DNA of 48,197 bases from Candidatus Poribacteria bacterium (GTDB taxonomy: Bacteria > Poribacteria > WGA-4E > UBA9662): positions 1 through 48,197 of the forward strand of contig JAYGDX010000167.1 of NCBI GenBank assembly GCA_046582655.1, in the 5' to 3' direction. The position numbers and the translations under genes were made by a program. The notes beneath the pieces were generated by a model. It saw only the letters and a program-made list of their open reading frames with translations, was not told the DNA's origin and did not search any database. Shown here piece by piece: positions 1-8,777 of the stretch (position 1 is its first letter; each line of letters opens with the position of its first letter).

Positions 1-3000
1 CCCGACGATATTAATCTGTGAGGATGGAGCTGAAGTTGTCAAACGGACCACTTTGGGCCCATAGCTCATTGCAGGCACCGTAAATGTGGTTTCCAGAAAA
101 CCATCAGTTTCAGCGCTTCGCATTCCTGTGTTCCTTAACGAACCTTGGCCTGAAATCCCAACTTCAAAACTGATAGTTTGGGTGCTTAAAAATCCATCTC
201 CTACTATACTCACAACATCATCAACTTGCACATCAACAAGGGTAAAACCGACAGGGGTGATGGAAACCCCATTAATTGACAAAAGCTGTGCCGTAATTGT
301 AAACGTGGTTGATGCTACATCTCCATTTGTCCCCGTAGCGGTTATTTTCTTGGTCCCGCCGACTATTCTAGGTATCTTTATATCGGCTGTAAATTCACCG
401 TCTTTGTTGCTGATAATCTGTTGATCAATATTGATTGATACAGCACCTATTTTCAATGTGACCAGATCGTTCTTGTCAAAGCCCTTTCCACGAAGCCGCA
501 TAAACGTTCCAACTTTACCACTGCTGATACCAAGGACGAATGTCCCGTTCTGTGCTATCACCCCCTCGACCTCGAGAGACGGTTCGACATAAAAGAAACT
601 GTTGACTTCAATTGAACTATCCAATCCCTTAATGGCTAAGGGTTTTACACTACTTGTTTGCAATTGTACAGGTTGCGTATAAGAATCAAATTGACCAAGG
701 AAATTCGCGTTAAACTGAGATCTCTGAACTGGATTGCCAAAGTCAACAACAATCGATTCGTTTGACCTGAAACCATCGCCCACCACTCGAATGGCAGTGC
801 CATTCTTTAATGTGGCAGGACTGACCAAGCTGATCCTAGGAACCACTTCAAAGTTAGCAACTCCACCATCATCTGTGGTAACCATTATTGGCCGACCTGA
901 AGCAATTGGAGGTACTACAAATTTAACTTTTAATCGACCAAGACTGTCAGTCTGAATCCTATCATTGGATACAAAGTTGCCAATCCCCTCATCAATTTTC
1001 AAGCCATAATTAGCCGAAGTAACATGAACGCCATTAAAGCGAAGAGAACGAATTTCAGCCGCATTAAACCCCGTTCCTTTGACTGTGATTTTAGTGCCAA
1101 TATAGCCAGATGCTGTTGAAGGTGCGATAATTGACAATTTCTTTCGCACCTCAAAACTACCTCTTGTAGTTGCAGGCACATCAGTTGTCGCGACTAGTTT
1201 TACTCCACGTGTCACTGCTGGGACGGTGGCTAAAACCTGAAACACACCGCTAGTATCAGCCATAATCTTATTGCTAACTGGATTGATAAGTCCAACACCA
1301 GTAGAAGTAACGCTGATTCTTTCACCATCAAAGGTAACGTGACCTACCTCCTGATTAGCTGGAAATCCAGTTCCAATAATAGTAACTTGATCTTCTGAGG
1401 AACCGAAAAGCGGCGTTACATCTACCCGTTTAGAATCAGCTTCTGACAAAATAAACGGTGCCGTTGTATCTTCGATCGTAAATCCTCCGCCTGTGCTACT
1501 TACTGTAAACTTTACGGGTCCCTGCGGTAAATCTACGGATTCGCCAAGGTCACCGAATTTGAAAGCAACCTTATAAGTTCCTGCTCCGCTAACCTCATCT
1601 TCAGTCCCTGCTGTTGCAGTGGTCCCTGCTGCAACAGCGCTGACTGCTTCCACAGTCGCGTTGCCCAGCATTGGAACAATCGAAGGAGTTCGGACTTCAA
1701 CTGTTGCTCCAGCATGGTAACCGCATCCCGTAATCTCTATCTCCGTATCCGCAGTTCCTGTTAAGGGAGCGAAGGTCAATATCCTGCCAACAACATCGAT
1801 ACCGCCATAGACATCGGGTTCTTCGTCAGTATCCGTTTGTGTCCTTGTGCTGACAGTTATTTTCTCATCAACATCCGTGACCTGAATGTCAATCCCTTGA
1901 TCTGCCCCAAGGTTGTTGGTATTGAAAATAATGACAAAAGTTCCATCAGATCGGATAACCGGATTTAACAAGCCGTGTGTTTCATAGGTAACGTCAATAT
2001 CTGATGTTGTCTTTAGCACTACTTCTAAATCGCTCCCCGCTGTAAAGCCGCGTCCAGCCAGCGTGAGTTCAGCACTGCATTCGATCGTTTTGTTGGATTC
2101 GCTTCGCGGTTTGCCGTCAATTAGCAAGCGGGTTAATTGCCCAACGATTTGAACTGCGTTTTCACGACTATCCGAAGAACCGCTAGCTTGTCTAACCGTT
2201 AGGTCCTTGACACCAGAAGGTTGCGTGGAAATCCTAAATTTTGTTATGAAAGTTCCGTCATCGCGCACAGCAGTATCACCACTGGAGATAGCGATAGCCT
2301 GTGTGGTTCCGAAGTCAACATATAGATCCTCATTCGGCATAAATCCTTCGCCGGTGACAATAGCCTCATCCCCACACTGTACAGTCCCTCCATTTGGCTC
2401 AACACTGGTAATTTTGCCCAAAACAGAGAAAGACGCAGTTGAATAGCTACCGCTTCCGCCAATGACTTCAATTGTTCTACTGCCACCACCAAGTCGTGGG
2501 ACAGTGATTGCTTTACTAAATTTTCCATCGGTTCCAACAGAGGCGGTGTCGACGGTCTTATCTTCTACCTTGAAAGTAATGGCTTCAGAAGCAGCGAACC
2601 CATTACCGGTAACTGTGATGCTATCGCCAACTTGTGTGCTTTTGGGACTCAGGGAAACCGAACTGCGGATTGTAAATCCTACGTTTGCCTGGCCATTAAC
2701 CGTAATCTGCTTGGTTCCACTCGGTTTCTCCGGCAAGTAAAATGTTGCTGTTAAAGTCCCCAGCTCACTGGTGAGAAACGTTGCCGCCGCCGCTCCACTT
2801 TCATTAAGCACATCGGTACCATCAAATTGAATGGTTACCGTTTGGTAGGATTTAAATCCGTTACCGGACAAAGCAACTGGAGTTTTTGCGGTTCCTATAA
2901 CTGGCTGGATCGAAGTCACTTTCCCCGTCACTTTATTTCCGTTAGTGGGGAAAGTAACTGCCGTGGCCGTTTCTCCAGATATTGTGGCAACGGCTGTGAT

Positions 3001-5655
3001 CTGATGGGAAGTGCTACCAGCCACAACTGGAAGTGGGAAGCCTGCACTGAAAGTACCGCTTGAATTAGAGATGACGGTAGCAACAACAATGGAATCAAAT
3101 TTTACTTCAATTCGCGAATTAGCCGGGTAACCTTTTCCTTCAACAGTAACAACTTGATCAATAGTTACATCGCTATTTGGCAATATATTCGTAATCTTGC
3201 TGCCTACGGCATACGGGACTTCGCTCTTATTGTATTTAATGAGATGAGTTCCTGTAGGCTTCTCTGGAACTTTAAAAGTGATATCAAAATTACCGTTTCC
3301 GTCTGTGGTTGAGCTGTCAACAGTCACTACTGTATTTCCAAACAACAGGTCTCCAGCTACCGGATTGGTAGTAGCCTTAGCTGTAATCGTGTCACCAACT
3401 TGCCCGGAATTCTGTTGGATAAGGATAATTGGGTAATCAGTTGAACCTTGAAGACTCCAGGACAGGAGACTCGTCCCGCGACTCAAGACTGTCTGTGGTT
3501 CACTGCTGGTAGCGGCACTTCCGCTTATGGTGAGTTTGAATACACCGGTTCCCCCCAAACTCAGCATGACAAGGCTATGTGAAAAGACACCATTTGCATC
3601 GGTGGTTAGACGATCTAATTCCTCCGATACGTTGGCACTGTTAAATTCGCTAACTGTAACAATTAATTTCTCATTGGTACCCCAACCGTTTCCTTCAAGC
3701 GTAATAGATTGACCAACGGAGATATTGGTTCCTAAGTCTGGACTTGCTGAAGTAATTTGATTTAGAATTTTCACCGTCTCATCTGCCACAGCAGTCAATT
3801 GCGAAGTAATTCCTGACGCAATGATCTTTTTATTACCATAGGTTTGAGGGTTGATTTTCAAATCAGTTGAACTGATATTGCCGTCTACATCTGCCTGGAT
3901 TTGAGTGAGAGGAACGGGAGACACATCGTCGGCCGTTAACTTAATATTAACGGATTCACTGGCGCCAAAACCAGCACCAGACACCGAAAAACTTTGACCG
4001 ACTCTTTTCAATTGTCCTGCAACCACAGTGAGTTTCGGAATGATACGAAATTCCTTAGTAGTATCATTGTTAGTATTAAAGTAATCAAGTTGACTATTGC
4101 TATTGGCGTCTTCTCCGTCATCAAGTTGGCTGTTGTTATTGGCGTCTTCTTTGTTGATCCATACCTGATATAGGTTAGCGGATTTGTTTGGAACCGTAAC
4201 TTTTATGTGAAATTTACCGTCAGTATCAGTTTTAATTTTAGCCGAGGAACTGCTCGGATCAGAACCAACTACATATTCATCGATTGCCAAGGCAGAATAT
4301 GTGTTTGCTGTTTTTAATTTCAGGACTGGTGTGCCAATATCAGCATCACCCGAATATCCGGTCCCAGTAATATCGATCTGTAGACCGGGTTGGCCAATAT
4401 TTTTAGATGTTTCCAACTTGGGCCTGCTGTCAGGTAGTGAGTAAAGGAAGTCTATGACTGGATAGGGTGAAGAGATAGTGCCCTGAGCTTGTATCTCTAA
4501 ATTGCCACCATTATTTAATTTAGCGGTGACAAAAGAGATGGAAAATTTTCCTGGTGGTTGCAGGCTGAAATCAAATTGACCCACTTTGGTTACTTCTTTA
4601 TTGTCAAATTTAATACTGACTTTTTCATCATCATCTCGACCACTACCAGCGAAGTTTCGACCTGTAACATATACAATAGCATTGGCTGTACCGGAGCTAT
4701 TTCCCAAGTCCCCTTGCGGATCGTGAAAGGTAATGGAAGGATTAATAACAACTTCGTCGATTTCAGAAACTTTGTTTCCAGAAACATTGCCGGAAACAGC
4801 GACGTCGTGTGTCGGTTGCCACTGTATATTACCAATCTGCGCACTTATGCTAAAGTAACCATTAGCATTGACCGGATTACCACTTGCTGGGAATTTATAG
4901 GTTAACTCACCGATATTAACTGTTAAAGTATCTAGTTGGCTAAATCCTTGTCCTCTAATAGTAATGGTCTCTCCATACTTAACCTCTTTGGGTTCAATTG
5001 AAGTAATCGAAGCTAAAAGAGTAAACGGCATCTTGGTCCCACCAAGTGTAAATACTATTGGTCCTCCAACATGGTTGGGGATTTCAAATATTACTTCGTA
5101 ACTGCCGGAAGCATCTGTTACCACTTTATTATCGCCACTAATTGCCCCGACGATTGCCTTTAAAGCATTATCAGTTTTTGTAATCGTTCGAGAACCATTG
5201 TCGAGCTGGATTGCGCCTATGATGAATTCAGCGATACCATGAAAGCCGAAAATCCTGAGTGAATTGCCAACGTAACCCGTGTTTCTATTTAGAACTGGCT
5301 GAGTTAAGTCAAAAGTAAATGGACTAAGGTCGCCAATCTGAACCAGATAACTATTGGCCGGCAGATCAGGTACGGAAAAGGTAATCTTATAATCTCCATT
5401 AAGGTCTGTAACAACTTGATCGGAATTAATTTGCCCTTTTGTCGCTGTTAGATTATGGTCGGTCGCTGTAATTTGAGTGGTGCCGAACATAATTATTCCA
5501 ACGGTTTTCACACCAGCACCATGATTGTTAGACACGGTGATGGTAACGCCGGGATGCCCCTCAGTCTGATCTACGACCAAAACTGCGAAAGAATTCCAGC
5601 TACAAAAAAGATAAAACAGAAAAACCAATGATGAGATTAGGGCTGTTCTTCTCAC
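1..5655 (-). CDS. Giant secreted surface protein with tandem Ig-like/IPT-TIG-type repeats (>1885 aa, 3' end outside window; missed by ORF track)
   Basis: AAGGAG RBS then GTG at 5655; N-terminus MRRTALISSLVFLFYLFCSWNSFA is signal-peptide-like. Same frame reads open wherever I translated it (e.g. SVGQSITLEGNGW, STQVGDSITVTGNGF, GKVGTFMRLRGKG, and GPKVVRLTTSAPSSQINIVG at the window edge). Absence from the ORF track fits an ORF with no stop inside the window. Confidence 0.9.
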   Translation of the reverse strand, partial: MRRTALISSLVFLFYLFCSWNSFAVLVVDQTEGHPGVTITVSNNHGAGVKTVGIIMFGTTQITATDHNLTATKGQINSDQVVTDLNGDYKITFSVPDLPANSYLVQIGDLSPFTFDLTQPVLNRNTGYVGNSLRIFGFHGIAEFIIGAIQLDNGSRTITKTDNALKAIVGAISGDNKVVTDASGSYEVIFEIPNHVGGPIVFTLGGTKMPFTLLASITSIEPKEVKYGETITIRGQGFSQLDTLTVNIGELTYKFPASGNPVNANGYFSISAQIGNIQWQPTHDVAVSGNVSGNKVSEIDEVVINPSITFHDPQGDLGNSSGTANAIVYVTGRNFAGSGRDDDEKVSIKFDNKEVTKVGQFDFSLQPPGKFSISFVTAKLNNGGNLEIQAQGTISSPYPVIDFLYSLPDSRPKLETSKNIGQPGLQIDITGTGYSGDADIGTPVLKLKTANTYSALAIDEYVVGSDPSSSSAKIKTDTDGKFHIKVTVPNKSANLYQVWINKEDANNNSQLDDGEDANSNSQLDYFNTNNDTTKEFRIIPKLTVVAGQLKRVGQSFSVSGAGFGASESVNIKLTADDVSPVPLTQIQADVDGNISSTDLKINPQTYGNKKIIASGITSQLTAVADETVKILNQITSASPDLGTNISVGQSITLEGNGWGTNEKLIVTVSEFNSANVSEELDRLTTDANGVFSHSLVMLSLGGTGVFKLTISGSAATSSEPQTVLSRGTSLLSWSLQGSTDYPIILIQQNSGQVGDTITAKATTNPVAGDLLFGNTVVTVDSSTTDGNGNFDITFKVPEKPTGTHLIKYNKSEVPYAVGSKITNILPNSDVTIDQVVTVEGKGYPANSRIEVKFDSIVVATVISNSSGTFSAGFPLPVVAGSTSHQITAVATISGETATAVTFPTNGNKVTGKVTSIQPVIGTAKTPVALSGNGFKSYQTVTIQFDGTDVLNESGAAAATFLTSELGTLTATFYLPEKPSGTKQITVNGQANVGFTIRSSVSLSPKSTQVGDSITVTGNGFAASEAITFKVEDKTVDTASVGTDGKFSKAITVPRLGGGSRTIEVIGGSGSYSTASFSVLGKITSVEPNGGTVQCGDEAIVTGEGFMPNEDLYVDFGTTQAIAISSGDTAVRDDGTFITKFRISTQPSGVKDLTVRQASGSSDSRENAVQIVGQLTRLLIDGKPRSESNKTIECSAELTLAGRGFTAGSDLEVVLKTTSDIDVTYETHGLLNPVIRSDGTFVIIFNTNNLGADQGIDIQVTDVDEKITVSTRTQTDTDEEPDVYGGIDVVGRILTFAPLTGTADTEIEITGCGYHAGATVEVRTPSIVPMLGNATVEAVSAVAAGTTATAGTEDEVSGAGTYKVAFKFGDLGESVDLPQGPVKFTVSSTGGGFTIEDTTAPFILSEADSKRVDVTPLFGSSEDQVTIIGTGFPANQEVGHVTFDGERISVTSTGVGLINPVSNKIMADTSGVFQVLATVPAVTRGVKLVATTDVPATTRGSFEVRKKLSIIAPSTASGYIGTKITVKGTGFNAAEIRSLRFNGVHVTSANYGLKIDEGIGNFVSNDRIQTDSLGRLKVKFVVPPIASGRPIMVTTDDGGVANFEVVPRISLVSPATLKNGTAIRVVGDGFRSNESIVVDFGNPVQRSQFNANFLGQFDSYTQPVQLQTSSVKPLAIKGLDSSIEVNSFFYVEPSLEVEGVIAQNGTFVLGISSGKVGTFMRLRGKGFDKNDLVTLKIGAVSINIDQQIISNKDGEFTADIKIPRIVGGTKKITATGTNGDVASTTFTITAQLLSINGVSITPVGFTLVDVQVDDVVSIVGDGFLSTQTISFEVGISGQGSLRNTGMRSAETDGFLETTFTVPAMSYGPKVVRLTTSAPSSQINIVG
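4084..4149 (-). repeat. Two-copy 36-nt-period tandem repeat encoding EDANNNSQLDDG/EDANSNSQLD (Dx[DN]x[DN]-type Ca-binding-like loops)
   Basis: + strand atcaagttgactattgctattggcgtcttc (4084-4113) and atcaagttggctgttgttattggcgtcttc (4120-4149). Confidence 0.8.
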
Positions 5656-5902
5656 AAATTCTCCTTAAAAAGGCTGAATAGCAGATTTAGTGGGCTGCAT
5701 GACCTAAATGGCAAAAAATACATCCTCAATTATCCAAAGGATAAATTATACAATCATTGAAATTGGGATGTTGTCTATAATATCGAAAAAATATAGAACA
5801 AATTAAGCAAAATCGCCAGCCATCATTATAACACAATGAAAGTTTTCACTCAATCAGCAAATCCCAACATGTAATAATTATTTAGGACTTTGATTTTACA
5901 GA

Positions 5903-5932
5903 TTGACACTTGACTGTAGGCCTGGATAAAAT
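5903..5932 (+). promoter_or_regulatory. Sigma70-like promoter for the gluconolactonase gene
   Basis: TTGACA(5903-5908)-N18-TAAAAT(5927-5932) in the AT-rich divergent intergenic region. Confidence 0.55.
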
Positions 5933-6011
5933 GTCCTTATTAGCCCCTAAAGTATTTGTAGGGTAAGGTTAGCCTAAATTCAAGTATAGAATTCTATAGA
6001 GGTAATTTGAA

Positions 6012-6863
6012 GTGGCCGATGAATATTTTTTGACTCGTCAACTGACAGAAAAAGGTAGTTTCACATCTGGTATTGAAGGTCCAGCGTGCGACCAGCACGG
6101 TAATCTATATGCAGTCAATTTTGCACGCCAACACACAATAGGGAAAGTCACTCCAGATGGTAAGAGTAGTGTGTTCATTGAATTGCCAAACGGTAGTATC
6201 GGAAATGGAATACGCTTTAACAGTGAAGGTTATATGTTCATTGCCGATTACACAAATCATAATGTTCTCAAAGTTGATATGGCTACTATGGAGATTTCCG
6301 TCCACGGGCATGAACCCCGAATGAATCAACCAAACGATATTGCTATTGGTAAAAACGGAATAATTTATGCCAGTGACCCTAATTGGGAAGAGTCGACTGG
6401 GCAGATATGGCGTGTTGATACTAATGGGGCGGTCACTTTGCTTGAGACCAATATGGGAACAACCAACGGTATTGAGGTCAGCTCCGACGAAAGAAGACTT
6501 TACGTTAATGAAAGTGTCCAGCGCAATATATGGGTCTACGATCTGTCTAATAGCGGTAGTGTCAGTAATAAAAGGCTTTTAATTCAATTTCCTGATTTCG
6601 GTATGGACGGCATGCGCTGTGATATTGAAGGAAACATACTTGTGACGCGTCATGGAAAGGGGACTATCGCCAAGGTCTCACCGGGAGGAGATGTGAATCT
6701 GGAAGTCGAATTGGAAGGCGAACATTGTACCAATATCGCATTTGGCGGTTCAGATGGTCGTACCTGTTACGTAACCATGGCGGATCTTGGGAATGTACAG
6801 GTGTTCAGATCAGATATACCCGGTAGAAGTTGGCAGCTTTTCAAAGATTGGGGACTACTGTAG
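6012..6863 (+). CDS. SMP-30/gluconolactonase/LRE family protein
   Basis: EGP, GNG, PND and DGMRCDIEGN...CTNIAFGG motifs of the six-bladed propeller lactonases; GAGG RBS before the GTG start. Confidence 0.92.
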   Translation: MADEYFLTRQLTEKGSFTSGIEGPACDQHGNLYAVNFARQHTIGKVTPDGKSSVFIELPNGSIGNGIRFNSEGYMFIADYTNHNVLKVDMATMEISVHGHEPRMNQPNDIAIGKNGIIYASDPNWEESTGQIWRVDTNGAVTLLETNMGTTNGIEVSSDERRLYVNESVQRNIWVYDLSNSGSVSNKRLLIQFPDFGMDGMRCDIEGNILVTRHGKGTIAKVSPGGDVNLEVELEGEHCTNIAFGGSDGRTCYVTMADLGNVQVFRSDIPGRSWQLFKDWGLL

Positions 6864-6865
6864 GG

Positions 6866-8011
6866 ATGCTGCCATTTTATGAAGTAAGCGGACTTGGTCA
6901 AGTTTTTGTGCCCTCACAGTTTCGTGATTTTGCGCCGGATGACACTAGAATAAAATTTTTCAACAATCGCGATCTTGGACGACCAAATCGAATTTTTAAC
7001 CAAATCAGACGAGGAGGGGTTGCTGCTTTATCTGGAGATTTAAACCTTATCTTAGACACAGTGGCGTTCGTTAACCGCAAGAAAGATGAGTTGGTGGAAT
7101 CATTACCTAACCGGGATAGAAAGAGGCAGAAGCGTGACTTTAAATCGTCGGACAGGCTGCGTGCCGAGAAAACCCAACCCTCTCCGTTATTCAAGTTAAT
7201 GGTTTTAGCTGATGAATCTGGTTTGTTGCAAGTTGAACCAGTTTCTAATCTTCCGTACCTTCTTGAGTTAGTTGGTGAGGACCCGGAAGCAAATCAAGGT
7301 CGTCCATTTCTCATTCCCGTGCCTGTATGGGAAAAAATTCAGGATTCGCTACAGCAATCTTATGAAACTGATGCTCTTGAGGGTGCATTGGTTGTTTCCG
7401 CAAATGTTCTGCCTCCACAGTCAAAAGATACTATCCATCTTTTCCAACAAGGGTTTTGGTGTGCTAAGGACTCGTTGCCTATGGGTGCATCTGTTTTGGA
7501 TCTGGGTTGTGGCTCCGGAATTTTGTCTATTCTCGCTGCACGCCGATTAGCCAGTTGCAAGCCAAGGATCCTTGCTTCGGATATTTTGCCGGAAGCGGTT
7601 GCCACTACTAGAATCAATCTTCATAGGTTTAATTTATATGGCACGCAGGTTGAAGTGACTAGGGCAGGAGACTTGTTTGAACCGACAGGGAATCAGAAAT
7701 TTGATTTGATTGTTTTTAACGCTCCTTGGGTGGTAGCTAGATGTCGTAGTCGTGCTGAAATAGCAATACACGATGAAAACCAGAACACAGTGAGCCGCTT
7801 TCTTGCTCAAACTCAAGGTCATTTAACTGATTGTGGCCAGGTTTTGCTAGGGTATGCTGACCATTCTGGCCAAAAGATGATTGCCAATTTAGAGACTATG
7901 TTTGAAAAACACGGTTTTTCAATACAAGATGCCTTTCGAAAACGTGTTCCTACACATCGGTCAAAGAAAAAGTGGGAGAATATCACAGTTTATAGATTGT
8001 TGGGAAGTTAG
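6866..8011 (+). CDS. Class I SAM-dependent methyltransferase (HemK/MTS-like C-terminal domain plus N-terminal extension)
   Basis: VLDLGCGSG motif I, GDLF, FDLIVFNAPW (NPPW-like motif IV); ATG at 6866 lies 2 nt after the upstream stop. Confidence 0.85.
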   Translation: MLPFYEVSGLGQVFVPSQFRDFAPDDTRIKFFNNRDLGRPNRIFNQIRRGGVAALSGDLNLILDTVAFVNRKKDELVESLPNRDRKRQKRDFKSSDRLRAEKTQPSPLFKLMVLADESGLLQVEPVSNLPYLLELVGEDPEANQGRPFLIPVPVWEKIQDSLQQSYETDALEGALVVSANVLPPQSKDTIHLFQQGFWCAKDSLPMGASVLDLGCGSGILSILAARRLASCKPRILASDILPEAVATTRINLHRFNLYGTQVEVTRAGDLFEPTGNQKFDLIVFNAPWVVARCRSRAEIAIHDENQNTVSRFLAQTQGHLTDCGQVLLGYADHSGQKMIANLETMFEKHGFSIQDAFRKRVPTHRSKKKWENITVYRLLGS

Positions 8012-8021
8012 GGTTTTTTTA

Positions 8022-8050
8022 TTGCGTTTGTCTATAACTCATGCTAAAAT
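8022..8050 (+). promoter_or_regulatory. Sigma70-like promoter
   Basis: TTGCGT-N17-TAAAAT with TG extended -10, 40 nt upstream of the ATG at 8090. Confidence 0.5.
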
Positions 8051-8089
8051 CCGGAAATTAAGATTGAGATGGGTTTGTGGAGAAGACTA

Positions 8090-8647
8090 ATGTCAAGTGC
8101 ACTTATTATTGGAGATGGGCCGGGTGGTTTGAGTGCTGCCTTGTATTTGGCCAAAAACGATATCGAAACCACCATTTTTGGTCAGGATGAAACCCCTATG
8201 CACTATGCCATGTTGTACAATTATCTGGGGATTCCTGAAATGGCTGGGAGTGAATTTCAGAAAATTGGGCGTCAGCAGGCAACAGGTTTCGGTGCCAATC
8301 TGGTTGACGCTTCGGTAGAGAAGGCTGAAAAAACGGACGATGGATTTACTATCACTGCAAACAGTGGGGACACCTATTCAGGGAAATATCTGATTATCGC
8401 TACAGGGCCAAATCGGGAACTGGCCGAGAGTTTGGGTTTGGAAAGGGGCGACGATGGTGCTATTGGTGCCACGCGTGAGGCCGAAACAGAAGTTGAAAAC
8501 CTATTTGTTGTTGGTCGTACCACTCGTCCTCATCAAGTTCAGGCCATTATTTCAGCTGGAGATGGTGCTTCCGCTGCCTTGTTGATTCTCTCAAAAGAGA
8601 AAAAAGAGGGCAAACGCTTCTGTGATTGGGACGAAGTCGAAAGCTAA
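8090..8647 (+). CDS. Short thioredoxin-reductase-like FAD-dependent oxidoreductase (FAD domain only)
   Basis: GDGPGG dinucleotide motif, NYLG, IIATG, LFVVG, QAIISAGDG; GGAG RBS before ATG 8090. Confidence 0.85.
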   Translation: MSSALIIGDGPGGLSAALYLAKNDIETTIFGQDETPMHYAMLYNYLGIPEMAGSEFQKIGRQQATGFGANLVDASVEKAEKTDDGFTITANSGDTYSGKYLIIATGPNRELAESLGLERGDDGAIGATREAETEVENLFVVGRTTRPHQVQAIISAGDGASAALLILSKEKKEGKRFCDWDEVES

Positions 8648-8720
8648 CAATCGAAAGTAGATCTACCGAATTACAACAAGCTTTAACGATCTTTAAACCG
8701 AAATTTTAAAACTCAACGCC

Positions 8721-8766
8721 AAAGCCCAAAGGAAAATCTCGATTTTGCCGCTGGGCTTTTTCTTTT
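8721..8766 (+). terminator. Intrinsic terminator-like hairpin
   Basis: AAAGCCCA(8721-8728)...TGGGCTTT(8752-8759) with inner AAAATC/GATTTT stem, followed by TTCTTTT. Confidence 0.6.
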
Positions 8767-8777
8767 GAGGTGAATAT

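Noticed and set aside
86..4905. Many short ORFs on both strands in the track
   Set aside because: They are antisense or off-frame shadows of the giant minus-strand gene.
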